A stretch of DNA of 29,823 bases from an uncultured Desulfobacterales bacterium (GCA_964545505.1 CAZJHF010000004.1:1-29823), one strand, 5' to 3'; shown: positions 17,927 to 26,120, numbered from the stretch's first letter. Made by a program: numbers and translations. Notes: generated by a model from the sequence alone, not told the origin.

Positions 17927-18140
17927 TGTCGCCGGCCGCTTTTCGAAGTACTTCCATTCGCGTTACAGTTGATGAAGTTAAAACAAGCCAAACAACCGCA
18001 AAATAGTTTTGTGTTTTTAGGTCGCGACCATATTCCCAATATATTTCAAAAACGGTTGCCGGCAGTTATGGGGGTTGAAGTTCTGCCCGGCAGCCTCACC
18101 TGCTTATTACCAACTCCACTGTCAGCCGGCAACAACCGTA

Positions 18141-18170
18141 TTGTCCTTGCAGATTTTTCCGGATTATACT
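18141..18170 (+). promoter_or_regulatory. Possible sigma70 promoter of the 18235 gene
   Basis: TTGTCC (18141-18146), 18-nt spacer, TATACT (18165-18170). RBS GGAGG at 18221-18225. Confidence 0.4.
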
Positions 18171-18234
18171 AAACTCTCATGCAGACATTTGAAATGCAGG
18201 GCTGCACCTGCCGTGTAGTCGGAGGATATCTAAA

Positions 18235-19173
18235 GTGAAAGCATTTACCATCATATTTGGCCTGACCTTCTTGCTGCCGCAATTGGGCAAAGCCGATATC
18301 ATTTTTTTTAAAGATGGGATGAGAACCGTTTGTCAGGAAAAAGCCTGGGAAGAAGGCCAGGAAGTTAAATGTGAATATGAAGGCACGGTATTGAGCTATC
18401 AAAAAAAAGATGTCCTCCGCATTCAGGAAATAAGAACCCCTAAAAAGACACCGCCTGCTAAACCCATAAAAGCACCTGAACAGCCGGTGGCAGAGACCGA
18501 AAAAAAGACACCGCCCGCTAAACCCATAAAAACACCTGAAAAATCGGCGGCAGAGACCGAAAAAAAGACGCTGCCTGCTAAACCGATAAAAACCTCTGAA
18601 CAGCCGGCCACAGACGTGGTAACGCCTACTGCTGATATCAAGGTATCTGGTTCAAAGCCGAAACCAGACGAAAAGAAACATTTAAAAGCCCCGCCGGTTC
18701 AGCCAACCAGCGTCTCCAACATAACAGGGCTTGAATTTTATAACCCGCGAAGACCGCAGAAATACTGGACCAGCGCTGTTTCCAAACACATAACCTTTAA
18801 AGAGGCCGTTGCGGCCCTGGCCAAACAGTATGATCGCAGCCCCGACTGGATTCAGCAGCACATGGGCGAAACCAATAATCTCGAAGAAATTCATCAGAAT
18901 CTGGCCCGCGACAAATTAAACGCAGCGGTTGAAACGAAGGTGCAGACCCCAAAAAATGTATCCGATACCCTTTTTTACAACCCGCGAAGACCGCACAAAT
19001 ACTGGACCAGCGCGACGGCAAAACACAAAACCTTAAAGGAAGCCGTGAGTGCATTATCGGCGGAGTACGATCGTTCGCAGCAGTGGGTTGAGCAATACAT
19101 GGGAGCGTCGAATCATCTGGACGAAATTCATCAAAACTTGAAAAAACAAAAATTATCGGAATCATCACCTTAA
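18235..19173 (+). CDS. Exported hypothetical protein with Pro/Lys-rich 20-aa tandem repeats and a duplicated C-terminal domain
   Basis: GTG start 9 nt after GGAGG, signal-peptide-like N-terminus MKAFTIIFGLTFLLPQLGKA, and internal repeats visible at both DNA and protein level. Confidence 0.88.
   Translation: MKAFTIIFGLTFLLPQLGKADIIFFKDGMRTVCQEKAWEEGQEVKCEYEGTVLSYQKKDVLRIQEIRTPKKTPPAKPIKAPEQPVAETEKKTPPAKPIKTPEKSAAETEKKTLPAKPIKTSEQPATDVVTPTADIKVSGSKPKPDEKKHLKAPPVQPTSVSNITGLEFYNPRRPQKYWTSAVSKHITFKEAVAALAKQYDRSPDWIQQHMGETNNLEEIHQNLARDKLNAAVETKVQTPKNVSDTLFYNPRRPHKYWTSATAKHKTLKEAVSALSAEYDRSQQWVEQYMGASNHLDEIHQNLKKQKLSESSP
18442..18614 (+). repeat. 60-bp coding tandem repeat, about 2.9 copies (KKTPPAKPIKxxEQxxAETE)
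   Basis: Units begin aaaaagac at 18442, 18502 and 18562 with near-identical sequence. Confidence 0.95.
18736..19152 (+). repeat. Internal duplication of a 60-aa domain (18736-18915 and 18973-19152)
   Basis: FYNPRRPQKYWTS...EIHQNL versus FYNPRRPHKYWTS...EIHQNL; 39/60 residues identical by manual count, offset 237 nt. Confidence 0.95.
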
Positions 19174-19295
19174 AGGCTGATACGGGGTCGGCATTGGCCT
19201 TGATATTTGCCCTAAGACGATCACCAAGGCGCCTGGTGCCGTTTTCTGGCATACGGCAGGGGCTTTTCGGCATCTTCAATACCAAAGGCCGAATA

Positions 19296-19324
19296 TTGAC
19301 AATTCAGCTATTTTCCTGTACGAT
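19296..19324 (+). promoter_or_regulatory. Putative strong sigma70 promoter upstream of the two-TM gene
   Basis: Perfect TTGACA (19296-19301), 17-nt spacer, TACGAT (19319-19324). Confidence 0.7.
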
Positions 19325-19392
19325 TTGATTAAATTATATTGTAATATAGACTATTTATAAAATATAGGAGTATTGTTTTATCGCAGCGGCTT

Positions 19393-19983
19393 TTGCTGGT
19401 TGCGATTTTTTTGAAAGGGCCAGCGTTTATGATATCTTTTAATCGCGATGTAGTTGCACTCGTTCGGATTATTGCAAGCTGCTTGACAGCCGGGTTCCTG
19501 ATTTTCTTCATATCCTCTTTATCCGGTGAGGACCTGATTAAAAACAACAGCACCGTAGCTGATTTAGACCGGATATTAGCCGAAATTAATGTTGAATTGG
19601 ATAGCGGCATCGAAGACCGTATCCGGCAGCTGGGAGAAGTCCCTGCTATCAATCCTTACAAAAAATTCTACTGTGCTGAGCTTGCAAAAGAAATTCATGA
19701 GGTCTCCTATCTCACCGAAAAACAAAAAATCCTTTTTGACGCATACAATGTTCGCGATTTCGAAAACAAATCAAAGCGTCTGGTTTCTTATTCAGAAACA
19801 GCGAATATGGACGCCCTGATGAATGAGCTGGAAATCGTAAAAAGAGAACTGAAAAATTCTGTTAACCTGATTGATAAAAGGCGCAAGAAGCTCGTTCGCC
19901 AGAGGACAGCCTATATTATCCTCTTTTTCGTGCTCTGGATCGCCATCTATTTCTATTATAGCCGCGGGTTTTTGAAACGATAG
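19393..19983 (+). CDS. Hypothetical membrane protein: two terminal TM helices enclosing a helical soluble domain
   Basis: Hydrophobic segments VVALVRIIASCLTAGFLIFFISSL and AYIILFFVLWIAIYFYY. The start may be ATG 19429. Confidence 0.8.
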   Translation: MLVAIFLKGPAFMISFNRDVVALVRIIASCLTAGFLIFFISSLSGEDLIKNNSTVADLDRILAEINVELDSGIEDRIRQLGEVPAINPYKKFYCAELAKEIHEVSYLTEKQKILFDAYNVRDFENKSKRLVSYSETANMDALMNELEIVKRELKNSVNLIDKRRKKLVRQRTAYIILFFVLWIAIYFYYSRGFLKR

Positions 19984-20078
19984 GCCTCCTGTAAATTTTT
20001 CAAACACTTTGTTGAAAATAACAACATTTCCATAGCTCGGTTTGCTGTTGCCAATCGGGTAGTTGAAGCAGATTCGCT

Positions 20079-21635
20079 ATGTATCAATCATTTTACAATC
20101 TGAAAATTAAGCCGTTTCAAATTACGACGGATCCCAAATTCCTCTGGCTCGGTGAGAAGCATAAAGAAGCCCTGGCCACTCTCAAGTACGGCGTCCTTGA
20201 AAACAAAGGGTTCCTCTTGCTCACCGGTGATGTGGGCACCGGCAAAACCGTTTTGATCCACGGCTTGATGAAGATTATCGATGTGTCTGCTATAGTGGCT
20301 GCCATCCCGGATCCCGGACTCAGCAGTATTGATTTTTTTAACTTTTTATCTGAAGAGTTTGGGATGAACCGGCGCTTTGATAGCAAGGGCGCTTTTCTGA
20401 TTCATCTAAAGCACTTTCTTTACAAGGCTTCTTCCGAAAACAAAAAGGTCCTGCTGGTTATTGATGAAGCCCAGAGGCTAAACCACGAGTTGATCGAGCA
20501 AATCCGGCTTTTGTCAAACATCGAGATGGATAACCGTAAATTGATCAACATTTTTTTTGTCGGGCAAAGCGAATTTAATAAAATGCTCAGCGAGGAACGT
20601 CACAGAGCGGTTCGGCAAAGAATTAGCGTTAGCTATCATATCGACCCACTGACCGAGCAGGAAACCCGCCAGTATATCAATCATCGCCTCAATGTTGCCG
20701 GCTGCAAAAAAGAACTTTTTAAATCCGAAGCCGTGCGCAGAATTTATTCATTTTCCCACGGCTATCCTCGACTGATTAATATCATCTGCGACCACGCCTT
20801 GCTTACCGGCTATTCCAGCGGAAAAAAAGTTATCGATGCAGGTGTCATCTTGGAGTGTGAAAAAGAGCTTAGAATCCCCACCGACCAGTCGATGACGCAG
20901 GATAAGAAAACCGAAATTTTTGAGCTCAAGGAAGAAAATCCCTTTAATGTGCTTCAGAATCAATCTACGGGAAAGCGCTTCGGATATATTGCAGTTATTG
21001 TTTTGCTGCTCCTGGCAATCGGTTATTTCTTATTTACGATGCAATCGACGGACGAACCCCGCTGGAAAATGGAGGAAATCGCGCCGCAATCCTATGACTC
21101 CCCGACGTTAAAAGCCAAAGAGGCTTTCGTTCCAGGCGTCGTCGGTGAACAAGCCGCTGAAAAAGATCAACCGAAGCGCAAGCGCTTTGATGAGCAGGCC
21201 ATTGAAGGCAAAAAAATCGAAACATCCAAACAGTCGAACTCGCAGGGTCAAACAGAAGGCGCCACAACAATTCCTAAGGTCAAGCCATTTCCAGATCGAA
21301 AAATCATTATTTACTTCAACCACAACTCCAACGATCTACCCGAACAGGCTTACGAAATGCTTGACCGCATTGCCGGCTTTATGGTCAGCAACCCGGATGC
21401 CATCATCAATATCAGCGGCTATACGGATTCATCCGGTGCCTATAGTTATAATATGAGCGTTTCTCAATTTAGGGCCAACATGGTCAAAGGCTATCTGGTG
21501 GGCAAAGGCGTTGATCCTTTTAAGATCGAAGCGCTCGGACTGGGCCCCAAGAATCCGATTGCCAGCAATACGACTGAAAAAGGCCGCCAAACAAACCGCC
21601 GGGTGGAAATTGAGTTGAATATCGACAAACCCTAG
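20079..21635 (+). CDS. ExeA/GspA-like AAA ATPase with TM helix and C-terminal OmpA-like peptidoglycan-binding domain
   Basis: YQSFYNLKIKPF N-terminus, Walker A GDVGTGKT, Walker B LLVIDEAQ, GYPRLINIICDHALL and TM IAVIVLLLLAIGYFLF. OmpA-type C-terminus: IYFNHNS...GYTDSSG...N...S..RA..V..YL...NRRVEI. Confidence 0.9.
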   Translation: MYQSFYNLKIKPFQITTDPKFLWLGEKHKEALATLKYGVLENKGFLLLTGDVGTGKTVLIHGLMKIIDVSAIVAAIPDPGLSSIDFFNFLSEEFGMNRRFDSKGAFLIHLKHFLYKASSENKKVLLVIDEAQRLNHELIEQIRLLSNIEMDNRKLINIFFVGQSEFNKMLSEERHRAVRQRISVSYHIDPLTEQETRQYINHRLNVAGCKKELFKSEAVRRIYSFSHGYPRLINIICDHALLTGYSSGKKVIDAGVILECEKELRIPTDQSMTQDKKTEIFELKEENPFNVLQNQSTGKRFGYIAVIVLLLLAIGYFLFTMQSTDEPRWKMEEIAPQSYDSPTLKAKEAFVPGVVGEQAAEKDQPKRKRFDEQAIEGKKIETSKQSNSQGQTEGATTIPKVKPFPDRKIIIYFNHNSNDLPEQAYEMLDRIAGFMVSNPDAIINISGYTDSSGAYSYNMSVSQFRANMVKGYLVGKGVDPFKIEALGLGPKNPIASNTTEKGRQTNRRVEIELNIDKP

Positions 21636-21692
21636 CCAGGCCTCTCCATTTAAAAATAATGTTCAATCGGTGCGCTCTTCAAAAATTTTTCT

Positions 21693-21814
21693 GGTTGCCC
21701 GATTTAGCCCGTTGAGCCGGATAAGCCGGCCGAAAATTCCCGTCGCTAGACTTGTGCGCGTTAAAAAGCCTGTTTGCTGACCGCTAAACGGGCTAACGGG
21801 TAACGGGCTCAACC
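21693..21814. repeat. Palindromic element D: 7-10-bp degenerate tandem-repeat arms (AGCCCGTT / AACGGGCT core), 51-nt spacer
   Basis: Left: ggttgcccgatttagcccgttgagccggataagccgg (21693-21729). Right: ccgctaaacgggctaacgggtaacgggctcaacc (21781-21814). Lies between convergent genes and touches the NUDIX stop codon. Confidence 0.75.
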
Positions 21815-22269
21815 TAATGATGTGTGCCGAAGCCGAACTTGGTTTTCAATAATTGCAATGTCGTAGAATTTACCGCGAGGCCGTTAATTTCCTCGGCAGA
21901 TACCCAGCGCGCCTCGACAGCATCATCTCCCGCCGACAATTCTCCGGAAACATATTCAGCCGATAGGTCAATAATGACGTAATGAAAGCGAATGCTTTCG
22001 CTTTCATCCCGTTCGATAACATCGAAAATGTAAATGGGTCTGGCAGCTCGAATTCGAATTCCGGTTTCTTCCAGAATTTCTCTTTCAGCCGCCTGCTGCA
22101 GCGTTTCGCCGATTTCTACGCTTCCGCCGGGAATCGCCCAGAGATTTTTGGCTGGCGCTTGTCCGCGGCGAATGAGCAAAACCCGATCTTCCCGGAACAC
22201 CACGGCACCCACAGCCACCCTGGGATGATCAGGATATTCATTGCTGGGTTTCGATCGGTGCTTTTTCAA
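21814..22269 (-). CDS. NUDIX hydrolase (ADP-ribose pyrophosphatase-like)
   Basis: Complete Nudix box GGSVEIGETLQQAAEREILEETG, with YPDHPRVAVGAVV and HYVIID. Confidence 0.93.
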   Translation of the reverse strand: MKKHRSKPSNEYPDHPRVAVGAVVFREDRVLLIRRGQAPAKNLWAIPGGSVEIGETLQQAAEREILEETGIRIRAARPIYIFDVIERDESESIRFHYVIIDLSAEYVSGELSAGDDAVEARWVSAEEINGLAVNSTTLQLLKTKFGFGTHH

Positions 22270-22301
22270 TATTTTAAAATTCCTTCTTTATTACTGATTT
22301 T

Positions 22302-22418
22302 AGGTGTCAGGTGTCAGTGTTCAGGTGTCAGCAAAAGGAAAATGAAGATGACAATATTAGCTAGATTAAGCCTTCTGTCCCATGTTCCCTGACACCTGAC
22401 ACCCGATACCTGAAACCT
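22302..22418. repeat. Palindromic element E: same 7-bp family as element A, 30-nt arms, 57-nt spacer
   Basis: Left: aggtgtc aggtgtc agtgttc aggtgtc ag (22302-22331). Right: ctgacac ctgacac ccgatac ctgaaac ct (22389-22418). Confidence 0.92.
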
Positions 22419-22480
22419 TGTGATGTTAGATCTGCGCACTTGAATATTTACTCTATTGTGATGGTCTCTGGTCAAAAATT

Positions 22481-23620
22481 TTATTCTTCGTATCTGATCC
22501 GATAAATAACGCCAGCCTTGTCATCGGATACGAGCAGCGATCCATCAGTCATGACAACAAGATCCACCGGTCTTCCCCAGGCCTTGTCACCCTGGAGCCA
22601 GCCTTCGGCAAATATTTCATAGCGGGGCCGCCGGTTTTCGTCAAAGAGCGCCATGGTGATACGGTAGCCGATCGGAACACTGCGATTCCACGATCCGTGT
22701 TCGGCCATAAAAATCTGATGGCGGTACGCGGGTGGGAACATGCCGCCCGTGTAAAATTTCATGCCCAGGGGCGCAACATGTGGTCCCAGCTTTAATGCCG
22801 GTGGTGAAAATTCCGCACAGTTGCGCCGGTTGCCATATTGAGGATCCGGTATATCCCCGGCATGGCAATAGGGAAAACCGAAATGCAAACCCTTTTTTGA
22901 CGCAAGATGCAGGGTATCCGGCGGCAGTTCATCGCCCATCCAGTCTCTGCCATTGTTGGTAAACCACAGCTCTTTAGTTAGCGGATGCCAGTCAAACCCC
23001 ACGGTGTTGCGGATCCCGTTGGCAAAGATTTCAAGGCCGCTGCCGTCAAGCTGCATGCGCATGATGCTGGCGTAGCGCGGATCCGCTTTTTGGCAAATGT
23101 TGCAGGGCGCCCCGATCGGCACATAGAGCATGCCATCCGGTCCAATGGCGATATATTTCCAACCGTGATTTTTGTCCGTTGGGAAATCCCCACGGATGAC
23201 AATGGCCTTGGGCGCCGTATTCAGATGCTGTTCAATGTTGTCATAACGCAGCAGGCGATTGACTTCGGCAACATAAAGCGACCCGTTTTTAAACGCTACA
23301 CCGTTGGGCATATTCAATCCCTTTGCCAGGGTGATGACTGCATCGGCGCGAAAATCACCATTTTGATCCAGCACGGCATAGACTTTGCCGGCTTTGCGCG
23401 TTCCAACAAAAAGGGTTCCAGTCGGGCTCAGCACCATAGAACGCGCATTGGGAACATTGCTCGCATACAGCTCAATTTTAAAGCCCGCTGGCAGCGATAC
23501 CTGTTCGAGGGGGATATCGGCTTTTCCGCCGGCCGCATCTCCCATGGTGCCCATTAACAACAAAATCATAACCGGCAACAGACATTTCATCGCAAACAGC
23601 CATTGTTTCATTTCCGGCAA
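22481..23620 (-). CDS. Exported PQQ-dependent sugar/sorbosone dehydrogenase family (beta-propeller) protein
   Basis: Signal-peptide-like N-terminus, LPAGFKIELYA, GLNMPNGVAF, HGWKYIAIGPDG, GAPCN, GIRNTVGFDWHP, HGSWNRS and GRPVD...DGSLLVSDD. Confidence 0.88.
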   Translation of the reverse strand: MPEMKQWLFAMKCLLPVMILLLMGTMGDAAGGKADIPLEQVSLPAGFKIELYASNVPNARSMVLSPTGTLFVGTRKAGKVYAVLDQNGDFRADAVITLAKGLNMPNGVAFKNGSLYVAEVNRLLRYDNIEQHLNTAPKAIVIRGDFPTDKNHGWKYIAIGPDGMLYVPIGAPCNICQKADPRYASIMRMQLDGSGLEIFANGIRNTVGFDWHPLTKELWFTNNGRDWMGDELPPDTLHLASKKGLHFGFPYCHAGDIPDPQYGNRRNCAEFSPPALKLGPHVAPLGMKFYTGGMFPPAYRHQIFMAEHGSWNRSVPIGYRITMALFDENRRPRYEIFAEGWLQGDKAWGRPVDLVVMTDGSLLVSDDKAGVIYRIRYEE

Positions 23621-23761
23621 GGCCTCCTTATATTATATCATGCAGTGCTCAGGTTAAATGAGATTTTCAGGCGCTCTAGAATCGTTCATAAAATAGACAC
23701 GAAATCTTCAGGTTCAATCTGTAAATTATTCAACATAGAAATGTTCAGTCGTCCCAGATTC

Positions 23762-23790
23762 TTGACACTTCTGGGCCAATGGCCTATTGT
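23762..23790 (+). promoter_or_regulatory. Putative sigma70 promoter of the aminotransferase-SprT pair
   Basis: TTGACA (23762-23767), 17-nt spacer, TATTGT (23785-23790). AAGGA RBS before ATG 23824. Confidence 0.6.
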
Positions 23791-23823
23791 CCATCGAACG
23801 TTTGAACACTAAAGGATACCGCA

Positions 23824-24966
23824 ATGAATTTTCAATCTAAATTGCCCGATCTCGAACTCACCATTTTCGCCGTCATGACGCAGTTGGCGATAAAGCACGA
23901 TGCCATTAACCTTTCCCAGGGATTTCCGGATTTCGATACCTACCCCGAGCTGATTTCACTGGTGGAAAAATACATGCGGCAGGGACACAATCAATATGCA
24001 CCCATGCAGGGCGTCATGCCTTTACGCGAGCGTATTGCCGAAAAAGCATACAACATGTATGGCGCTCGATACGACCCGTCAACCGAAATTACCGTAACCT
24101 CAGGTGCAACAGAATCGGTTTTTGCTGCCATTACTGCCGTCGTCAACAAAGATGATCAAGTCATTATTATCGAACCGGCCTATGATGCCTATGCTCCCGT
24201 TGTGCAACTCAACGGCGGCATTCCGGTTTATGTTCAACTAAAATTTCCGGACTACACCATCGATTGGGATGAATTTGAAAGGGTCGTTAACAGCAAAACC
24301 AAACTAATTATTTTAAATTATCCGCATAACCCCAGCGGCGCTGTTATGACAAAAGAAGATATCTCAAACCTCATCCGTATTACGGAAAACACCCAAACGT
24401 TCATTGTCAGTGATGAAGCCTATGAACACATTATTTTCGACGGCCGGCAACATGAAAGTATGGCCCGACACCCACAATTGGCCCAGCGCAGCTTTGTCAT
24501 CTGCTCTTTTGGCAAAACCTATCATACCACCGGATGGAAAATCGGCTACTGCCTGGCACCCGAGCCGCTTTCAGGCGAATTGCAAAAGATCCATCAATAT
24601 CTAACGTTTGCGTGCAATACGCCAATTCAAATGGCCTATGCTGAATTTATGGAAAATAAAGATCTGTATTTGAACCTGCCCGTTTTTTATCAGCAAAAGC
24701 GCGATTTTTTTTTAAGTCTGATCGAAAACTCCCGCTTCAGGCCCCTGACCTGCAAAGGAACGTACTACCAGATGCTGGATTATTCCCAGATTTCCGGCGA
24801 GACGGATCTCGACTTTGCCAGACGCTTGACCGTTGAGCACGGCGTGGCTGCCATCCCGCCCTCGGCGCTTTATCATCAAAAGGATGATCATAAGGTGCTG
24901 CGGTTCTGTTTTGCCAAAAAACGCGAAACCCTTGAAGACGCCGCTGAAAAATTATGCCGGATTTAA
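23824..24966 (+). CDS. PLP-dependent class I/II aminotransferase, methionine aminotransferase (YbdL)-like
   Basis: SKLPDLELTIFAVM, AINLSQGFPDF, NQYAPMQG, NYPHNPSG, SDEAYEH, PLP-lysine SFGKTYHTTGWKIG, and LRFCFAK. Confidence 0.9.
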   Translation: MNFQSKLPDLELTIFAVMTQLAIKHDAINLSQGFPDFDTYPELISLVEKYMRQGHNQYAPMQGVMPLRERIAEKAYNMYGARYDPSTEITVTSGATESVFAAITAVVNKDDQVIIIEPAYDAYAPVVQLNGGIPVYVQLKFPDYTIDWDEFERVVNSKTKLIILNYPHNPSGAVMTKEDISNLIRITENTQTFIVSDEAYEHIIFDGRQHESMARHPQLAQRSFVICSFGKTYHTTGWKIGYCLAPEPLSGELQKIHQYLTFACNTPIQMAYAEFMENKDLYLNLPVFYQQKRDFFLSLIENSRFRPLTCKGTYYQMLDYSQISGETDLDFARRLTVEHGVAAIPPSALYHQKDDHKVLRFCFAKKRETLEDAAEKLCRI

Positions 24967-26099
24967 AAAGAAAAAAGCGCATCCGATCGATAAAAAATAC
25001 GGCTCAGCAGGATCTGGAACGTGCCATTCTACATGGGATCGCCTGTGAATGGGAGGCAGCACGCCTTTGCCTCGAACCGGACAAACAGCCGCTGATCCGC
25101 AAACCGACATTTGCCCTGGCGGATTTAAAAAGCCAGTGGGCGAATTGGTCCGGGGACAAGCGTCAAATTACGATCAGCCGTCAGCTGGTGCTCAATTATC
25201 CCTGGGATTCGATTCGCGATGTGCTGCTGCATGAAATGGCCCATCAAATTGCAACCGAGTTATTTAATGGATTTGCCCAGCCACCGCATGGCCCCGCCTT
25301 CCGACAGGCCTGCGAACTGCTGCGTATTGATCCAGCGGCTTCGGGCGAATATCAACCATTACACGACCGTTTGATGATTGATCATTCAAGCATTTATGAT
25401 AAGCGCATGCTGCGTATCAAAAAACTGCTGGCCCTTGCGGAAAGCAAAAATCGTTTTGAGGCCGAAGCGGCCATGACCAAAGCCCATGAACTCATTGCCC
25501 GGTATAACATCGAACTCAACCACCACGAAGAAGAGCGCCAATTTTTAAGTATTTTTTTGGGCTCCCCTGCCCTGCGTCACCCCCGCGAAGATTACCATCT
25601 GGCCAATTTGCTGCAGGATTTTTATTTTGTCTGGGGCATCTGGGTGCCGGCATATGTGCTGCACAAAGGTAAAATGGGAAGGGTTTTAGAAATCAGCGGC
25701 AGAGCCCAAAATCTAAAAATGGCCGATTACGTCCATGACTTTATCCGCACGTTTATTGAAGCCCAGTGGTCGGCCTACAACCAGGATAGAAGCTTGAATC
25801 GCTATCGCAAAACCGATTTTGTGGTGGGCATCATCGCAGGATTCCGTGACAAACTGGAATCCAACGTCAACTACAGGAAGACATCGCCAAACCTGCTGGC
25901 CCTCATACGAGAAAAAGATCCCCAACTAAAAAAATACTACCAATTCAGGTATCCGCACACCGCTTCCATCCAAAGAGCAGGATCCCGGCAGGATGCCCGG
26001 GTTTTGAAGGACGGCAAGAAAGTGGGTCAAAAATTAATCATTGCCCAAGGCATTTCCGAACGCAAAACAGGAAAGCCACGTTTGATAGGCCGGAAATAA
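24954..26099 (+). CDS. SprT-like zinc metalloprotease fused to a DUF2786-like domain
   Basis: HEMAH zincin motif (25230-25244) with downstream PHGPAF third ligand, and DUF2786-like RIKKLLALAESKNRFEAEAAMTKAHELIARYNI. Overlaps the upstream gene by 13 nt. Confidence 0.82.
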   Translation: MPDLKRKKRIRSIKNTAQQDLERAILHGIACEWEAARLCLEPDKQPLIRKPTFALADLKSQWANWSGDKRQITISRQLVLNYPWDSIRDVLLHEMAHQIATELFNGFAQPPHGPAFRQACELLRIDPAASGEYQPLHDRLMIDHSSIYDKRMLRIKKLLALAESKNRFEAEAAMTKAHELIARYNIELNHHEEERQFLSIFLGSPALRHPREDYHLANLLQDFYFVWGIWVPAYVLHKGKMGRVLEISGRAQNLKMADYVHDFIRTFIEAQWSAYNQDRSLNRYRKTDFVVGIIAGFRDKLESNVNYRKTSPNLLALIREKDPQLKKYYQFRYPHTASIQRAGSRQDARVLKDGKKVGQKLIIAQGISERKTGKPRLIGRK

Positions 26100-26120
26100 G
26101 CATTAAGATGGCCGGGCTGA

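Noticed and set aside
19174-19290. GGCAAA on the minus strand suggesting a c-di-GMP-I riboswitch; also the 162-aa minus ORF 18797-19285
   Set aside because: It lacks the GAAA tetraloop and GACGCAAA elements, and there is no downstream gene on that strand. The ORF mostly shadows the 18235 gene.
21693-21816. Element D as an integron attC site for a NUDIX cassette
   Set aside because: On the gene's strand it starts with GTTGAGC and ends in ...CAAC, the opposite polarity to attC (RYYYAAC first, GTTRRRY last). No integron integrase is in the window.
2996-22418. Palindromic repeats as a CRISPR array
   Set aside because: There are no regularly spaced identical 23-47 nt direct repeats and no cas genes. 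The elements are dispersed inverted repeats.
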